NCBI RefSeq assembly: GCF_006345805.1
Contig: NC_043019.1
Location: 2,046,001-2,110,000, forward strand
Length of the DNA stretch: 64,000 bases
Reading direction: 5' to 3'
Source of the DNA: Octopus sinensis
Lineage: Eukaryota
Shown here piece by piece: positions 62,581 to 64,000 of the stretch. Every line of letters begins with the position of its first letter. The stretch's first letter is position 1. The position numbers were made by a program, and so were the translations under genes. Under the pieces are notes generated by a model, which was given only the letters and a program-made list of their open reading frames with translations, did no database searches and was not told where the DNA came from.

Positions 62581-64000
62581 GCAATAAATCACTTGAACAT
62601 ATTTATTGATATTCTTTGATAAAGCATAGAAGACTTCGTAAGTCAAACAAAGATCAGAGCTTATTAAAATTTTGGATAATTATTATTAGACATCCAAATG
62701 TAGCGTATAGCTTCTTGCCGCCTTAGCTCAGCATTTTCTTCTAAAGAAAAATATGCAAGAATGACTCACTGTATTTTCCATAAATCTTTCCTAGGAGGTT
62801 TAGCCATGATAGATATGTATATAAAGGAATTTATTTACTGATAAATGCCCACTAAGCCATAAATATGAAACTGCCATGAGTTGAAAAATAAAAAAGGCCA
62901 ATCAATACTTATGGTATTACACACAAAAAGAGAAGTGACACCTATGAAAAGAAAACATTTCAGCATATTGAATTTGTTGAAAATAAGAAATATATCAGCC
63001 TTTCAAACCAAGGACTGCTAAAGGCAGTAATATGAAATATGAAGCTAAAATTCATGGGAAGTGATATGTATTATAAATCAAGAAAACAATGCCCAAGACA
63101 CTAATAAAATTCATGAATTCATAAATATTGTTAACCCAGATTTTTGTAACGCAAATAAAGTTGTTGCTCCCTAGAAAGCAATTGATAAAAAGATACATGA
63201 ATTTTATTAACAATTTCAGCATAAAATCTCAGTCAACGACCTTCGAGATTATTTTGAAGCTGTTGAATAAAAATTACCATGATACGATCTCAATGCCGTA
63301 TATAAAGCAAAAAAAAATGTAATTATTATCGTTACTCTAAGTTCTCCAGAGGCAGGAAATGGGTATCTGATAATGAACATTACATATCTAGATAAAAACG
63401 AATTTCCTAGTTTCAGTTTGATGGTGATGAACAAAAATCACACAGCGAGCGATAAAAGAGAAAGAATGTAACTAATAAAGCAAAATAAATCAATGTGAAT
63501 TAACTTTTTCAATATGAATATATTTGAGGAGTGATTATAAAAAGAGGCATCGCATTACGTAAATGATGTTGCTATTTGCTTATTTCCTTTGTAGGTTTTT
63601 GGTTACTACACCGGCAGGCAAATTTTGCTGATGATCATCAATAAATTTTGAGGTAGGGGTGTTCAGGGTTCCAAATATATTCTACAACCGTATGCCACAG
63701 ATATCAGTTCTTATTCACTCATTATCTCATCATATGAATCAATAATGAGACGGTTATATGTTAACAAAATAAAGCAACCATGATATATGAAGATAAATGT
63801 TTATATATATATATTTGTGCATGCATGTACATGATCACATGATATATATATATATATATATATATTAAATATTATTTTTAGGAAATAAAAGTTCCGTCAT
63901 AACAGAGGTACAAATTATTCTCAATGAAGAAATATATTTTAATTTAGAGATAGTAGGGGTCTACTATTACTGAATTAAAATATATATATATATATATATA

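Overview
Eukaryotic, AT-rich, microsatellite-dense non-coding DNA. The SINE families and repeat spectrum suggest an octopus (coleoid cephalopod) genome; this is inferred from recall, not searched. Recognisable content: (1) a decayed CR1-group LINE at the left edge; (2) an uninterrupted 1.5-kb leukotriene A4 hydrolase (M1 aminopeptidase) reading frame lacking its N-terminus, probably a retrocopy; (3) a full-length but mutated DD34D mariner; (4) Helitron, Tc1, hAT, RTE, Tx1, R4/Dong and HERO remnants; (5) many tRNA-derived SINEs, some in tandem arrays. The main hidden signal is RNA structure. Several repeats that look like plain satellites or fold-backs carry type I hammerhead ribozyme (HHR) motifs. 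The best case is a 404-bp tandem array (4726-6508) with a canonical HHR in each complete unit, the architecture of a non-LTR retrozyme (self-cleaving RNA that can circularise). About eight unrelated HHR-bearing repeat families of the Penelope pseudo-LTR/retrozyme type occur in the window, mostly in (TA)n tracts, several as inverted pairs and several with core variants. All structures were read by eye; no folding, alignment or database search was run, and repeat boundaries are approximate.
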